From Candidatus Eiseniibacteriota bacterium (GTDB lineage Bacteria > Orphanbacterota > Orphanbacteria > Orphanbacterales > Orphanbacteraceae): DNA of 64,000 nucleotides. The notes beneath the pieces were generated by a model. It was not told where the DNA came from, ran no database searches, and saw only the letters and a program-made list of their open reading frames with translations. The DNA lies in assembly GCA_016930695.1 (NCBI GenBank), contig JAFGGD010000059.1, forward strand, positions 14,286 to 78,285. Direction: 5' to 3'. Shown one piece after another: positions 42,504 to 52,306 of this stretch (position 1 is the first letter of the stretch; each line of letters starts with the position of its first letter). The translations under genes were made by a program, and so were the position numbers.

Positions 42504-44264
42504 TCAGGAATCCCCGCTCTTCTCGCGCCGCATCCCGCGCGCCCGCCCGTCGTTCGCCGCGCCGCCGCGGCACCCCTTCCGCTTCCCCGCTGTGGCGTCC
42601 GTCGCCCTGGAAGCGCCTCCGCCTAAACGCTCGAGTTCCTCCGGAGACAGAACACCCCTGGATTTCAGGATCTCGATCTGATCGGGGGTCAGCCCGCCCC
42701 CGTGCCGGGGACCATCCGAGGCGAAGGCCTCTTCCTTGCCGCTGCCGAACTCTTGAATCGTCTTGCTGATCCGGACGGCGCACCAGTCGTGTCCGCACAT
42801 GGCGCAGAAATCCGTGTCTACGTCCAGGTCTTCGTCGTGCAAGGCGCGGGCCGTATCCGGATCGAAGCTGGCGCCCACGTGCTTCTCCCAGTGCAGCGCC
42901 GCCCGCGCTTTGGTCAGCTCGTCGTCCCGATCCCGGGAACCGGGTATGCCGAGGGCGACATCCGCCGCGTGGGCGGCGATTTTATAGGCGATGCACCCGA
43001 GCTTCACGTCCTCGCGCTTGGGTAGCCCGAGGTGTTCCTTCGGCGTGACGTAGCAGAGCATCGCCGCGCCGTGGTACGCGGCGGCCGTGGCGCCAATGCA
43101 GCTGGTGATGTGATCGTAACCGGGAAACATGTCGGTCACCACGGGGCCGAGGACATAGAAAGGCGCGCCGTGACAGAGAGCCCTCTCGATCTTCATGTTG
43201 TATTCGATCTGGTCGAAGGGGATGTGCCCCGGTCCCTCGACCATAACCTGGACGCCTTTCGCCCAAGCGCGTTCCGTCAACTCGCCGAGGGTGTCCAGCT
43301 CCCGCATCTGCGCTTCGTCCGTCGCGTCCGCGAGCCCTCCCGGACGGAGTCCGTCGCCGAGAGAGAAACTGACGTCGTACGCGCGCATGATGTCGGCGAT
43401 TTCGTCGAACAGATCGTACATGGGGTTCTCTTTGCCGTGGCGGAGCATCCATTGCGCGAGAAGAGAGCCCCCGCGGGACACGATGCCGATCAGGCGGTTC
43501 TTTACGTACGGAAGATGCTCCCGCTTGAGTCCGGCGTGGATCGTGAAGAAGTCCACTCCTTGCCGGGCCTGCTTCTCCAGTTCCTTCAAGATGTCGTCGT
43601 GCGTGAGATCCTCGATTCGGCGGTTCACGATCATCGAGTAAAGAGGAACCGTGCCGACCGGCACCGGCGAGTTCCGAATAATCGCTTCGCGGCAAGCGTC
43701 CAGGTCGCCCCCCGTGGAGAGATCCATGACCGCATCCGCCCCCCAGCGAATCGCCCAACGCATCTTCTCCACTTCCTCGTCGAGATCGCTGCGGACCGGT
43801 GAAGCGCCCAAGTTCGCGTTGATTTTCGTGGAAGCCGCGCGCCCGATGCATATCGGGTCCAGGCCGTGGGAAAGATGCGCCCGGTTCGCGCAGATCAGCA
43901 TCCGCCCCGCCGCGATCTCGTCGCGAACGCCCTCCGGCGACAGGTGCGGTTCCCGCTCCGAGGCGCGCCGCATTTCCGGGGTGATCTCCCCGAGACGCGC
44001 CCTTTCCAGCTGCGTGATCGCCTCCCCCGCCCCCCGGGGGGCCGGGTTGAAATCCCACGCGGTCTTTTCCGATGGTCCCGGCATTCCCGGCGTATCGGGC
44101 GACGCGAAGGCGAGGGGACCGCCCAGGTCCGGTCGCGGGGTGAAACTGGGCGGCGCCGTCCCCGCCCGATCCGTCGCGGGGTGACTCCCCCCACGAAGGG
44201 GAAGAGCGAAACGGAAAGAGGGGCGCGACCCCATTCCGGGCTTTTTCGATTCTCCCTTGGACAT
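42504..44264 (-). CDS. thiC: Phosphomethylpyrimidine synthase ThiC
   Basis: KINANLGAS, MDLSTGG, SLGDGLRPG, MVEGPGH, YVTPKEHLGLP, C-terminal CAMCGHDWC; TPP riboswitch upstream; start at 44264. Confidence 0.95.
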   Translation of the reverse strand: MSKGESKKPGMGSRPSFRFALPLRGGSHPATDRAGTAPPSFTPRPDLGGPLAFASPDTPGMPGPSEKTAWDFNPAPRGAGEAITQLERARLGEITPEMRRASEREPHLSPEGVRDEIAAGRMLICANRAHLSHGLDPICIGRAASTKINANLGASPVRSDLDEEVEKMRWAIRWGADAVMDLSTGGDLDACREAIIRNSPVPVGTVPLYSMIVNRRIEDLTHDDILKELEKQARQGVDFFTIHAGLKREHLPYVKNRLIGIVSRGGSLLAQWMLRHGKENPMYDLFDEIADIMRAYDVSFSLGDGLRPGGLADATDEAQMRELDTLGELTERAWAKGVQVMVEGPGHIPFDQIEYNMKIERALCHGAPFYVLGPVVTDMFPGYDHITSCIGATAAAYHGAAMLCYVTPKEHLGLPKREDVKLGCIAYKIAAHAADVALGIPGSRDRDDELTKARAALHWEKHVGASFDPDTARALHDEDLDVDTDFCAMCGHDWCAVRISKTIQEFGSGKEEAFASDGPRHGGGLTPDQIEILKSRGVLSPEELERLGGGASRATDATAGKRKGCRGGAANDGRARGMRREKSGDS

Positions 44265-44385
44265 TTTGCGGCTCCTTCTTTTTCGCAGAGCCCGGCCGGA
44301 TCGGTGAGTGTCCAACGCGGTGAGGGTGGGGGCGGGAGCGGTGTTTACGCCGGCCTTCCCGAGGCCGGGCATCCGCGTGCCGTGT

Positions 44386-44490
44386 CGCGTTCCCTACGCC
44401 GGTCCGAACCGGATCAGGTTCGACGGGTGCTTCTCAGCGTCTCCGGAGGCCGTCGGTAACACGGCATAATCCCGGAACGCGCCCCGAGCG
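44386..44490 (-). promoter_or_regulatory. TPP riboswitch
   Basis: Minus strand GGGGCGC...GCTGAGAAGCACCCGTCGAACCTGATCCGGTTCGGACCGGCGTAGGGAA with a long P3; downstream GGCTC/GAGCC pairing could sequester the thiC SD. Confidence 0.93.
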
Positions 44491-44671
44491 AACGGTTTCA
44501 ATGTAGCACAAAACCGAGGGAGAATGAATGGAGAAGGGGGCGGGCGATGAGCGACGGTCCCCGCCGCCGCTCATCGGGAGCTGATGGGAAACCGGGGAGA
44601 CGATCCGGCGCGCGGACCTTCCCCATAGACCTTCGTCGCCCGGACGGCGACGGGCGCACATTCGTCACCCG

Positions 44672-47600
44672 TCACCGCACGATCACGCTCCTGTGAGTGC
44701 GCGTGCCTCGCGGAGATTCCAGTTTGATGAAGTAGACGCCCAGGCCGACCCGCCTGCCGGAGTCGTCGCGGCCGTCCCAGGAGAGCGCGTGGAAACCGGC
44801 CTTCCGTTCGCCGCCGACCAGGGTACGCACGTGCCGCCCGGATATGTCGTAGATACGCAGATCGACGCGCATCTGCTCGGGGAGTTCGTAGCTGATCACG
44901 CACTCGCTGTCGAAGGGGTTCGGGCGCACCGGGAAAAAGGCGAAACTGCGGCTCCCCGGTCCGCCGGGCCGATAAAACTCGATCCTCTCGATCGGGAACT
45001 GTTCCGACCCCGACGCGGCGAGATCGCCCCAGAGAAACTCGACGCTTCCGTCGTCCCCCGCCCCCTCCCAAACGAGTTCGGCCAAGTCGAGCCGGACCCC
45101 GTCGCCGAGGGAGGGCGCCGACGGTTCCAGGGTATAGAAGAGGAAGACCAGATCCCGGCCGTCCCGAACGAGCGCGGTTTGATAAGTCTCGCCGAGCGGG
45201 CGGAGCGCGACGGATTCGTTGCCGGCGGCCGCGCGACGGAGACGGACGGCGCCGGCGCGCACGCTTCCCGTCCCTTCGACGGAGAGCCGGAGCGTGTCGG
45301 AAAAGAGGCCCGCCCAGAGGACGGCGGCGTCCGACGCGCCCGCACTGCTCGTTCCCTGGCCGTCATCGAGAAGAGCCGCGCCGATCAGGCCCGGCAGCAC
45401 GCTCATGTCGCCATCGTCAACGTTGTCGTCGAAGTTCACGTCGGGCAGCCCGATCCGCACGATGGGAGACCAAAGCGGGATCGCATCGATCACATGATCC
45501 GCCAGCGCCGCCAGGTCCCGCTCGTCCAACTCGCCGTCGCCGTTGCAATCCCCGAGACGGTAGGTCTTGACTCGCAGATCCACCCAGACCGTGTCCTCCG
45601 GCGCCGCGGCGACATCGGTCTCGATTCGCACGAAACCGAGGAATTCGCCGGTTTTCAGAAGTTCCGGAAGCACATCGATCCAGAGCGTATCCTCGGCGCC
45701 GGGCGCGAGCGAACCGCCCTCCCTGTCGATTTCGATCCAAGCCTGCCCCGGGGCGGCGGTCCAGACGAAGGAGGTCTCCCCCTCGTTCCGCAGCACCACC
45801 ATGTCCGGATCGGGATCGGGCGGGCTACTGCCCACGGGGCCACCGAGCGGGTCGTGGTCGAAACCGAGGCTGCGGTTGGTGAGGTCGTACGCGCCGAGTG
45901 GTTCGCGCGTGAACTGTCTCGTCGAAGACCAATCGCCGTCGCCGCACGCCGCCTCGGCGGAGACGCGCCAGACGTAAGCGCCCGGTTCGGGGACGGAGGG
46001 GAGCGTGAAGGTCGTGGCGGTTCCGGAAACGGTTTCGTCCAAAACCGGCGCCGAGAAGAACGCATCGCGCGCCATCTGCACCCGATAAGCGTCCGCTCCG
46101 GGCACGGCTCCCCACTCGAGGGTGATCGTCACCAGCCCCTCGTAAACATGGCCCTCCGCCGGCGACAGGAGCGTCGGTGCGTCGGGCGGCTCGAGCCTTT
46201 CTCCTTCGGCGACGAGGCCCGGCGAAGAACCGCAGGGACCGACGGCGAAGAGTTCATATTCATAGAGACCGGGCGCCGGGCGATCGGCGAAACGCGTCGC
46301 GTCCGCGTCCAAGGTGGCGAGCGTCGCGCCGTCGCGGACAATCCGGAAACCGGTCTCGTCTTCGGACCGATCCGTCCAGGAAAGGATCACGCTGTCGCAA
46401 CGCGCGACGGTGACGGCGAAATCCGACGGCGGGAGGGGGGTGCCGGGAAGGATCGTGCCGGCCGCCGCTGTGGTTTTCGACCAACCACAGCCGTTCCCCG
46501 CCTCGACGGCGTACTCGTAGGAACCGGAAGAGGCGCGGTCGATCCATACCCGCGAGGCCGCCGGCAGGGAGGCCAAGGGGGCGCCGTCTCGATAGACGCG
46601 GTAGCTGTCCGCCTCGACCGACGCGGTCCACTCGAGCCGGACGAGAGAGCAACTGGTATCGCTCGCCACGAGCACGCCGGGAGAGCCGGGCGCGAAAAGA
46701 GCCCGCCCTTGGTCGCTCGCCGCCGCGGAAGTACCGCAACCGTTCTCCGCGCGGATCGCGTAGAGGCGCGCCCCGGGACCGGGTTCATCTTCGTAGGAGA
46801 GTGCGTCCGCGTCGACCGTGTCGATCGCCGAACCGTCCCGCTCGAGTATGTAGCGCTCCGACCGCTCGGCGGCTTTCCATGTGAGAAGCACGGAGCCGCA
46901 GCGATTCTCGCTCGCGGCGAAACCGACCGGCGCGCCGGGCGCCGACGGCAGCAGGCGGCCGACGTCGTCGACCTCGACCGACCAGCCGCACCGGTTTCGG
47001 GCGGCGATGGAGTAGACGTGTTCGCCGACGGCGCCGGAATCCTCCCAAGAGGTCCGCGTCGCGGGAAAGGTCGCCAGGGGCTCGCCGTCGCGAAGGATCC
47101 TGCAGCTGTCCGCGCCCGGCGGAGGCGTCCAAGAGAGGGCGACGACGGAGCAACGGTCGTCGCTCGCCGAAATCGAGAGGGGTGGGCCCGGATCGGCGGC
47201 GGACACGCTTCCCGTCGCCGTGGCCGGTTCGGAACGTCCGCATTTGTTTTTTGCAACAACCTGATATTGCCAGTCACCCGACCCGATCGCGTCCTCGAAA
47301 GTGAGGATCGTCGAGGGGAGCACGGCCACCGAAGCCCCGTCGCGGAACACCTCGTAGCTGTCCGCCGCGGCGACGGCGTTCCAGTCGAGCATCACGCCCG
47401 AACAGAGGCCGTCGCTCGCCGAGAGCCCTCCCGGCGTCTCCGGGGCGGGGAAGATCGCCCCCGCGACCACCGCGATGGACGACCAGCCAGCTTCGCCGCC
47501 GGCGCTCACGCCGTAGGTGTGCACGCCGGGGCCGGGAGAGTCGACGTAATAGGTGGTCGTCGACGGCAGAAGGGCGATGATCTCACCGCCGCGGTAGACG

Positions 47601-49612
47601 CGGAAGGAAGAAACACCCATCACCATGTTCCAGTCGAGACGGACGATCGTGCAGGAGCTGTCGCTCGCCGTGAGACCTCCGGGCGGGTTCGGCGCGGGAG
47701 GAAGAATGGTGCCCGTCGCCATCGCCGCGTCGGACCAGCCGCAGGTATTGCCGGCGCTCACGCCATAGGTATGCGTGCCCGTCGGCGACGTGTCCATCCA
47801 GAACCGAGTCGACGCGGAAAAAGCCGCGACGGCGGCACCATCCCGGTAGACCCGGTAGCTGTCCGCCTCCGCCGAGGCGCCCCAATCGAGACGGATCAGC
47901 GTCCGGCTGCTGTCGCTGGCGATCACCGGAGCCGGCGCCGCCGGAACGGGAAGCCGCGTGCCGACGACGGTCGCCGGCGAGGAGAAGCCGCATCCGTTAC
48001 CGGCAGAAATTTTATATGTATACGTTCCCGGGGTGGGCGCGTCCACGAACTCTCTCACCGACGAGGAGACGATCTTCACGACGGCGCCGTTTCGCTCGAT
48101 CCGATAGGTGTCGGCGTTCGGCGAGGCGCCCCAGGTGACCCGGATCGTCGCGCAATCGTCGTCGGTCGCCTGCGCGCCCGAGGGGGGCAGTGCGCCGACG
48201 CGAAGGCTCCCCTTCGCCTCCTCCGACCGGGCCGATTCCCCGAAGGAATTGAAGGCGAGCACCCGATAGCGATGGGTTCCCACCGGCGCCGTCCGGTCGT
48301 CGTAGAAGGTGCGATCCGCCGCCACATCTCCGAGGGGGGTGCCGTTCCGGAAAATCCGATAGCCGGTCTCCCCCGACACGTCCTTCCACTCGACCCGCAC
48401 CTTTCCGCAGAGCCCGTTGGACGCGGTTACTCCGGTCGGCATGTCGGGGGGGTCGGTGGTGTATCGGGCGATGCGATTCGCCGCGCCCGGACCGGCCCGC
48501 GTGAAACTCCCGCCCGCGATGAGACCCAGGAAGGGCCGGAGCGCGTAGATTGTGTCGTTCATCCCGCTCCGTTCGACCATCCAGGAGCGGCCGTTCCAAT
48601 AGGTGACGTTGTGGGTCGGGTTGACGCCGGCGGTGGAGATATCGCCTCCGGCGACGAGATAGTCTTCGTAGAAAGACAACGCATAAACCGTTCCGCCGAC
48701 ACCGGCGCCGAGAGGACGCCAGGCCGCGCCCGTCCATTTCGCGACGCGACGCGCCGGCGCGACCCCCGCGGTCGCGAAATCGCCGCCGGCGTATAGGATG
48801 CCGCCCTTGACGGCGAGTGCCCGCACCGCGCCGTCGACTCCGGCGCCGAGAGAGTGCCAAGCCGCGCCGTCCCACCGGGCGATGTTGGCGCAGGCGACGC
48901 CGCCGATGGACGAGAAGGATCCCGCCGCGATCAATTCACCGCCGAAGGATGCGAGGGCGTAGACGGGACCGTCCGGTCCTTCGGCTCCGAGCGCCGTCCA
49001 GGCGCCGCCGCTCAGGAGCGCCAGATTCCGCCGCGCCGGGTCCCCCCCGATATCGAAGGCGCCGCCGACGGCGAGCCCGCCCCCCCAGGCGAGGAGGGCG
49101 CGCACTCCTCCGTTGATCGGAACGGGTGATGGATTCTCCCAGCCGGAACCGGTCCAACGAGCAATCGGTTCATACTCTACGGACTTCCCGGAATTCTCGA
49201 GCAGTGAGTCCCCGCCCGCCACCAGAGCGCCGCCCCACCCCGCGAGCGCATACACCGTCCCACCCAGATCATTTCCGAAGCCGCTCCACAATGATCCGTT
49301 CCAGCGCCCGACACGGCCCGATGCCGCGCCCCCCGCGTTGCTGAAGGATCCGCCCGCGATCAGGGCGCCGTCGAAAATGGTGAGGGCATGAACGGTACCG
49401 TCCGTACCGGATCCGATCTGGCGCCAGCGCGGCATCCGCGCCGGGTCCTCCCGGCCCGTGACTGTTTCGTCGCCGCCGTCGGCCTGCGCCATCGCGGCGA
49501 TCGGCCACAAGAAGAGGGAGAGCACCAGACAGGGGAACAGGCGATTCAGACAGGAAAAAAGAGAAAACTCTCCCGGCGAGAACCGGGGCGGTTGCGTGCG
49601 GATCATCCCCAA
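44672..49612 (-). CDS. 1646-aa secreted protein: beta-propeller, 10 FN3-like domains, BACON-like domain, dockerin-like EF-hand pair, cohesin-like domain, FlgD-Ig/T9SS-like tail
   Basis: Signal peptide; W..LG.G.DG.V.AL repeats; FN3 W/Y pattern; GDCNGDGELDERD; PNPF...YDISGRHVRTL...WDGRDDSG. Confidence 0.85.
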   Translation of the reverse strand: MGMIRTQPPRFSPGEFSLFSCLNRLFPCLVLSLFLWPIAAMAQADGGDETVTGREDPARMPRWRQIGSGTDGTVHALTIFDGALIAGGSFSNAGGAASGRVGRWNGSLWSGFGNDLGGTVYALAGWGGALVAGGDSLLENSGKSVEYEPIARWTGSGWENPSPVPINGGVRALLAWGGGLAVGGAFDIGGDPARRNLALLSGGAWTALGAEGPDGPVYALASFGGELIAAGSFSSIGGVACANIARWDGAAWHSLGAGVDGAVRALAVKGGILYAGGDFATAGVAPARRVAKWTGAAWRPLGAGVGGTVYALSFYEDYLVAGGDISTAGVNPTHNVTYWNGRSWMVERSGMNDTIYALRPFLGLIAGGSFTRAGPGAANRIARYTTDPPDMPTGVTASNGLCGKVRVEWKDVSGETGYRIFRNGTPLGDVAADRTFYDDRTAPVGTHRYRVLAFNSFGESARSEEAKGSLRVGALPPSGAQATDDDCATIRVTWGASPNADTYRIERNGAVVKIVSSSVREFVDAPTPGTYTYKISAGNGCGFSSPATVVGTRLPVPAAPAPVIASDSSRTLIRLDWGASAEADSYRVYRDGAAVAAFSASTRFWMDTSPTGTHTYGVSAGNTCGWSDAAMATGTILPPAPNPPGGLTASDSSCTIVRLDWNMVMGVSSFRVYRGGEIIALLPSTTTYYVDSPGPGVHTYGVSAGGEAGWSSIAVVAGAIFPAPETPGGLSASDGLCSGVMLDWNAVAAADSYEVFRDGASVAVLPSTILTFEDAIGSGDWQYQVVAKNKCGRSEPATATGSVSAADPGPPLSISASDDRCSVVALSWTPPPGADSCRILRDGEPLATFPATRTSWEDSGAVGEHVYSIAARNRCGWSVEVDDVGRLLPSAPGAPVGFAASENRCGSVLLTWKAAERSERYILERDGSAIDTVDADALSYEDEPGPGARLYAIRAENGCGTSAAASDQGRALFAPGSPGVLVASDTSCSLVRLEWTASVEADSYRVYRDGAPLASLPAASRVWIDRASSGSYEYAVEAGNGCGWSKTTAAAGTILPGTPLPPSDFAVTVARCDSVILSWTDRSEDETGFRIVRDGATLATLDADATRFADRPAPGLYEYELFAVGPCGSSPGLVAEGERLEPPDAPTLLSPAEGHVYEGLVTITLEWGAVPGADAYRVQMARDAFFSAPVLDETVSGTATTFTLPSVPEPGAYVWRVSAEAACGDGDWSSTRQFTREPLGAYDLTNRSLGFDHDPLGGPVGSSPPDPDPDMVVLRNEGETSFVWTAAPGQAWIEIDREGGSLAPGAEDTLWIDVLPELLKTGEFLGFVRIETDVAAAPEDTVWVDLRVKTYRLGDCNGDGELDERDLAALADHVIDAIPLWSPIVRIGLPDVNFDDNVDDGDMSVLPGLIGAALLDDGQGTSSAGASDAAVLWAGLFSDTLRLSVEGTGSVRAGAVRLRRAAAGNESVALRPLGETYQTALVRDGRDLVFLFYTLEPSAPSLGDGVRLDLAELVWEGAGDDGSVEFLWGDLAASGSEQFPIERIEFYRPGGPGSRSFAFFPVRPNPFDSECVISYELPEQMRVDLRIYDISGRHVRTLVGGERKAGFHALSWDGRDDSGRRVGLGVYFIKLESPRGTRTHRSVIVR
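45900..48455 (-). repeat. Tandem array of ten ~85-aa FN3-like repeats
   Basis: Repeat consensus P..P.G..ASD..C..V.L.W....A.SYRVYRDG...D...G...Y.V.AGN.CG.S. Confidence 0.9.
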
Positions 49613-49997
49613 ACCCTCCAGCGACGGGCGGACGACGGTACATTCCGTGATGAGCAGAAATCACACGGCGTCCGAACGGAGCACCCCGAACGTTTCCGCC
49701 GGGCACCTGCCAGGGAAGGGGAGTGTCTATTCTGCCCAACGAGTTGATATTAGAGAAAATAGAAACGCCCTGCAATCGGAATCCGCAAAAAGAAGCCGGG
49801 GGGGCCATGACGCCCCCGAAAAACGGCCACCATAACGCGTTGTTTTGATTGTTGTTAAGACAACAGGTTCGGGCCGTGCCCCGAATCGCGAACCCTTCAT
49901 CTATATGGGGCGCGCCGATCGGCGGTCGGGGAGGTATTGGACGTAAAAAAAGGAACCGCGTATCGGCCTCGAATCCCGGCGCCGGCGCGCGGGAACG

Positions 49998-51002
49998 TTA
50001 GCCTTCCGCCTTGAGGGGCCGATTCATCAGACGATGAATCGCTTCGGCCGGGGGCACCCCCTGGAAGAGAACGGTGTTCACCGCTTCCGTGATCGGCATC
50101 TCGACGCCCGCGCGCGCGGCGAGGGCGATCACGCTCGCCGTGGTCGCCACCCCCTCGACGACGGAGCGGGTCGCCCCGAGCGCCTCCTCGACGGTCATCC
50201 CTTTGCCGATCGCCTCACCGAAGGAACGGTTGCGGCCTACCGGCGAGGTGCAGGTGGTGACCAAGTCCCCCACGCCGGCGAGACCGGCGAAGGTCGCGGG
50301 AAGGGCGCCGAGCGCTTCGCCCAGCCGTGTGATTTCCGCGAGCCCGCGAGAGAGGAGCGCCGCCTTGGCGTTGTGTCCGCTCCCCATCCCGTCCAGGATC
50401 CCCGCGGCGATGGCGATGACGTTCTTCGTCGCCCCCGCCAACTCGACACCGGTCAGATCGGGATTCGTGTAAACGCGAAAATAGGGGCGTGTGATCAGCG
50501 CTTGGATCCTCTCGGCGAGGGCGGGGTCCGCCGACGCGGCGGCGACCGTCGCCGGCAGATGATCGGCGATCTCCGGCGCGATGGATGGTCCGGAAAGCAC
50601 GGCGAGGCGCTCGTCGGGGATACCGAGCGTTTCCCGCAGAATCTGCGTCGGCCTGAGGAGTGTCCCGTTCTCGATCCCCTTCGCCACGGAGAAAATCGAC
50701 AGCCCGGACGGGAAGCGCTCGGCGAGCCTCGCCCAAACGGGGCGGATGAACTGCGTGGGGACCGCCGAGAGAACGATGGCCGCGTCGCCGAAGGCCTCCT
50801 CCTCCCGGCCGGTCACCCGGATCTCTTTCGGAAGCGGGTGGCCGGGGAGGAAACGGACGTTCTCACGCTCCGCCGCCATCTCCTCCGCCTGTTCCGGAAA
50901 GGCGGACCAAATGCTCACGCCATGGCCGTTCTCGGCGAGCAAGAGCGCGCACACGGTCCCCATCGCCCCGTCGCCGATCACGGCGATTCTTTCTCTCTTC
51001 AT
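49998..51002 (-). CDS. gpsA: NAD(P)H-dependent glycerol-3-phosphate dehydrogenase
   Basis: GDGAMGT, AKGIE, LSGPSIA, KNVIAIAAG, GVGDLVTTC.S..GRN. Confidence 0.96.
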   Translation of the reverse strand: MKRERIAVIGDGAMGTVCALLLAENGHGVSIWSAFPEQAEEMAAERENVRFLPGHPLPKEIRVTGREEEAFGDAAIVLSAVPTQFIRPVWARLAERFPSGLSIFSVAKGIENGTLLRPTQILRETLGIPDERLAVLSGPSIAPEIADHLPATVAAASADPALAERIQALITRPYFRVYTNPDLTGVELAGATKNVIAIAAGILDGMGSGHNAKAALLSRGLAEITRLGEALGALPATFAGLAGVGDLVTTCTSPVGRNRSFGEAIGKGMTVEEALGATRSVVEGVATTASVIALAARAGVEMPITEAVNTVLFQGVPPAEAIHRLMNRPLKAEG

Positions 51003-51255
51003 GCCCCGAGGCTACATCATCGGGTGGGGGGATGCCAACCGTTCCGGCTGGACGGCGGCTTTCGGAGAATGAAAAAGAAGAAAGGACCATCCACGAAAAC
51101 ACCACCGCGGCGCGCCCATTTCGCACCATCCCCTCAAGCCCCACTCCGACCGGCCGATGCTCGGGGGGAGGTAAAACATCCCGAGAAGCCGTTGGAACAC
51201 AACAAGATTAACCCCCCAACGCACCCCGGATGGGGGCGCTCGCGGAAGGAATAGT

Positions 51256-52095
51256 GTGGGTCAAATGGACAAGCCCCGGCAGGGCACGGAACCGCCCCGG
51301 ATCCTCTTGGTCGACGACGAGGAGATCAACCGACAGATCACGGCCCGGATACTGGAGATAGCCGGTTATCGGGTCGACCAGGCGGAGGACGGCCTTCTCG
51401 CCGTGGAAGCGGCGGGGCGTGAGCGCTATGACCTTATCTTAATGGACTGCCGGCTCCCGGGAATGGACGGGTGGACCGCGGCGAGAAAGATCCGCGAGCG
51501 GGAGGATCCGGAACTTCGGGTGCCGATTATCGCCGTCACCGCCGGCACGGGGGGAGACGATTACGCCCGCGCCTCGGACGCCGGCATGGACGGCGTTCTC
51601 CACAAACCATTTGAACCGGATGAGTTGCGCGCCGAGGTGAAGGGCCGCCTCCTCGGGTCGTCCGCTTCCGGCGGTGAGACCGGCGCCTCCGCCCCGGCCC
51701 CGGCGGATCCGGAAAGGGAACGTGTCTCCCGACGTTCCGCCCGGCACTCCGACACGGACACGCCGGTCGCCGTTTCGCGCCTCATCGAAATCTCCGGCGG
51801 CGACGCGGAGTTCATGCAAACCCTGATCGGGATTTTCCTGAATGACACCGAGCGACACATCGCCAATCTGGAAAACGCGTTGCGCGACCAAAACTCCCGA
51901 ACGATCCTCTACGAAGCGCACGCAATCAAGGGATCGAGCGGCCACGCCGGCGCCGAGGCGATGCACAGCATCGCCGGATCGATCGAGTCGATGGGGGAGG
52001 AGGGGCGGAGCGAATCGATTCCGGGGGCGATGCAGGACCTCAAGGCTGAATTCCGCCGTGTCCGGTCCTTCCTGGAACAGGTTCGCGGAGAATGA
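51256..52095 (+). CDS. Response regulator receiver plus HPt domain protein
   Basis: LLVDDE, ILMDCRLPGMDG, KPF; HPt motif AHAIKGSSGHAGA. Confidence 0.9.
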   Translation: MGQMDKPRQGTEPPRILLVDDEEINRQITARILEIAGYRVDQAEDGLLAVEAAGRERYDLILMDCRLPGMDGWTAARKIREREDPELRVPIIAVTAGTGGDDYARASDAGMDGVLHKPFEPDELRAEVKGRLLGSSASGGETGASAPAPADPERERVSRRSARHSDTDTPVAVSRLIEISGGDAEFMQTLIGIFLNDTERHIANLENALRDQNSRTILYEAHAIKGSSGHAGAEAMHSIAGSIESMGEEGRSESIPGAMQDLKAEFRRVRSFLEQVRGE

Positions 52096-52297
52096 GATAA
52101 TCGAAGGCGGCCCCTCCTTCGCCGGGACCCAGGCGGGCTAAAGCACCGGAACGATCGTTTCGCCTCCCTTGTTTGCGCCCCACCCTCCCGACCTCGTCCC
52201 TCCCGGAGAAAAGCCGACCACCCGCTCCGCCAACGTGTGGCATCCCCCCGGTACGAGCCGACGCATCATTCCGCCCCTCGCATCGGTTTACTCGTTG

Positions 52298-52306
52298 TGG
52301 TATAAT
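52298..52306 (+). promoter_or_regulatory. Extended -10 promoter element upstream of the C25 peptidase gene
   Basis: TGG-TATAAT about 100 nt before ATG 52405, rare in this GC-rich context. Confidence 0.5.

Noticed and set aside
42504-44264. Possibility that the ThiC homolog is BzaA/B/F (B12 lower-ligand synthesis)
   Set aside because: The upstream element is a clear TPP riboswitch, not a cobalamin riboswitch, and no cob genes are nearby.
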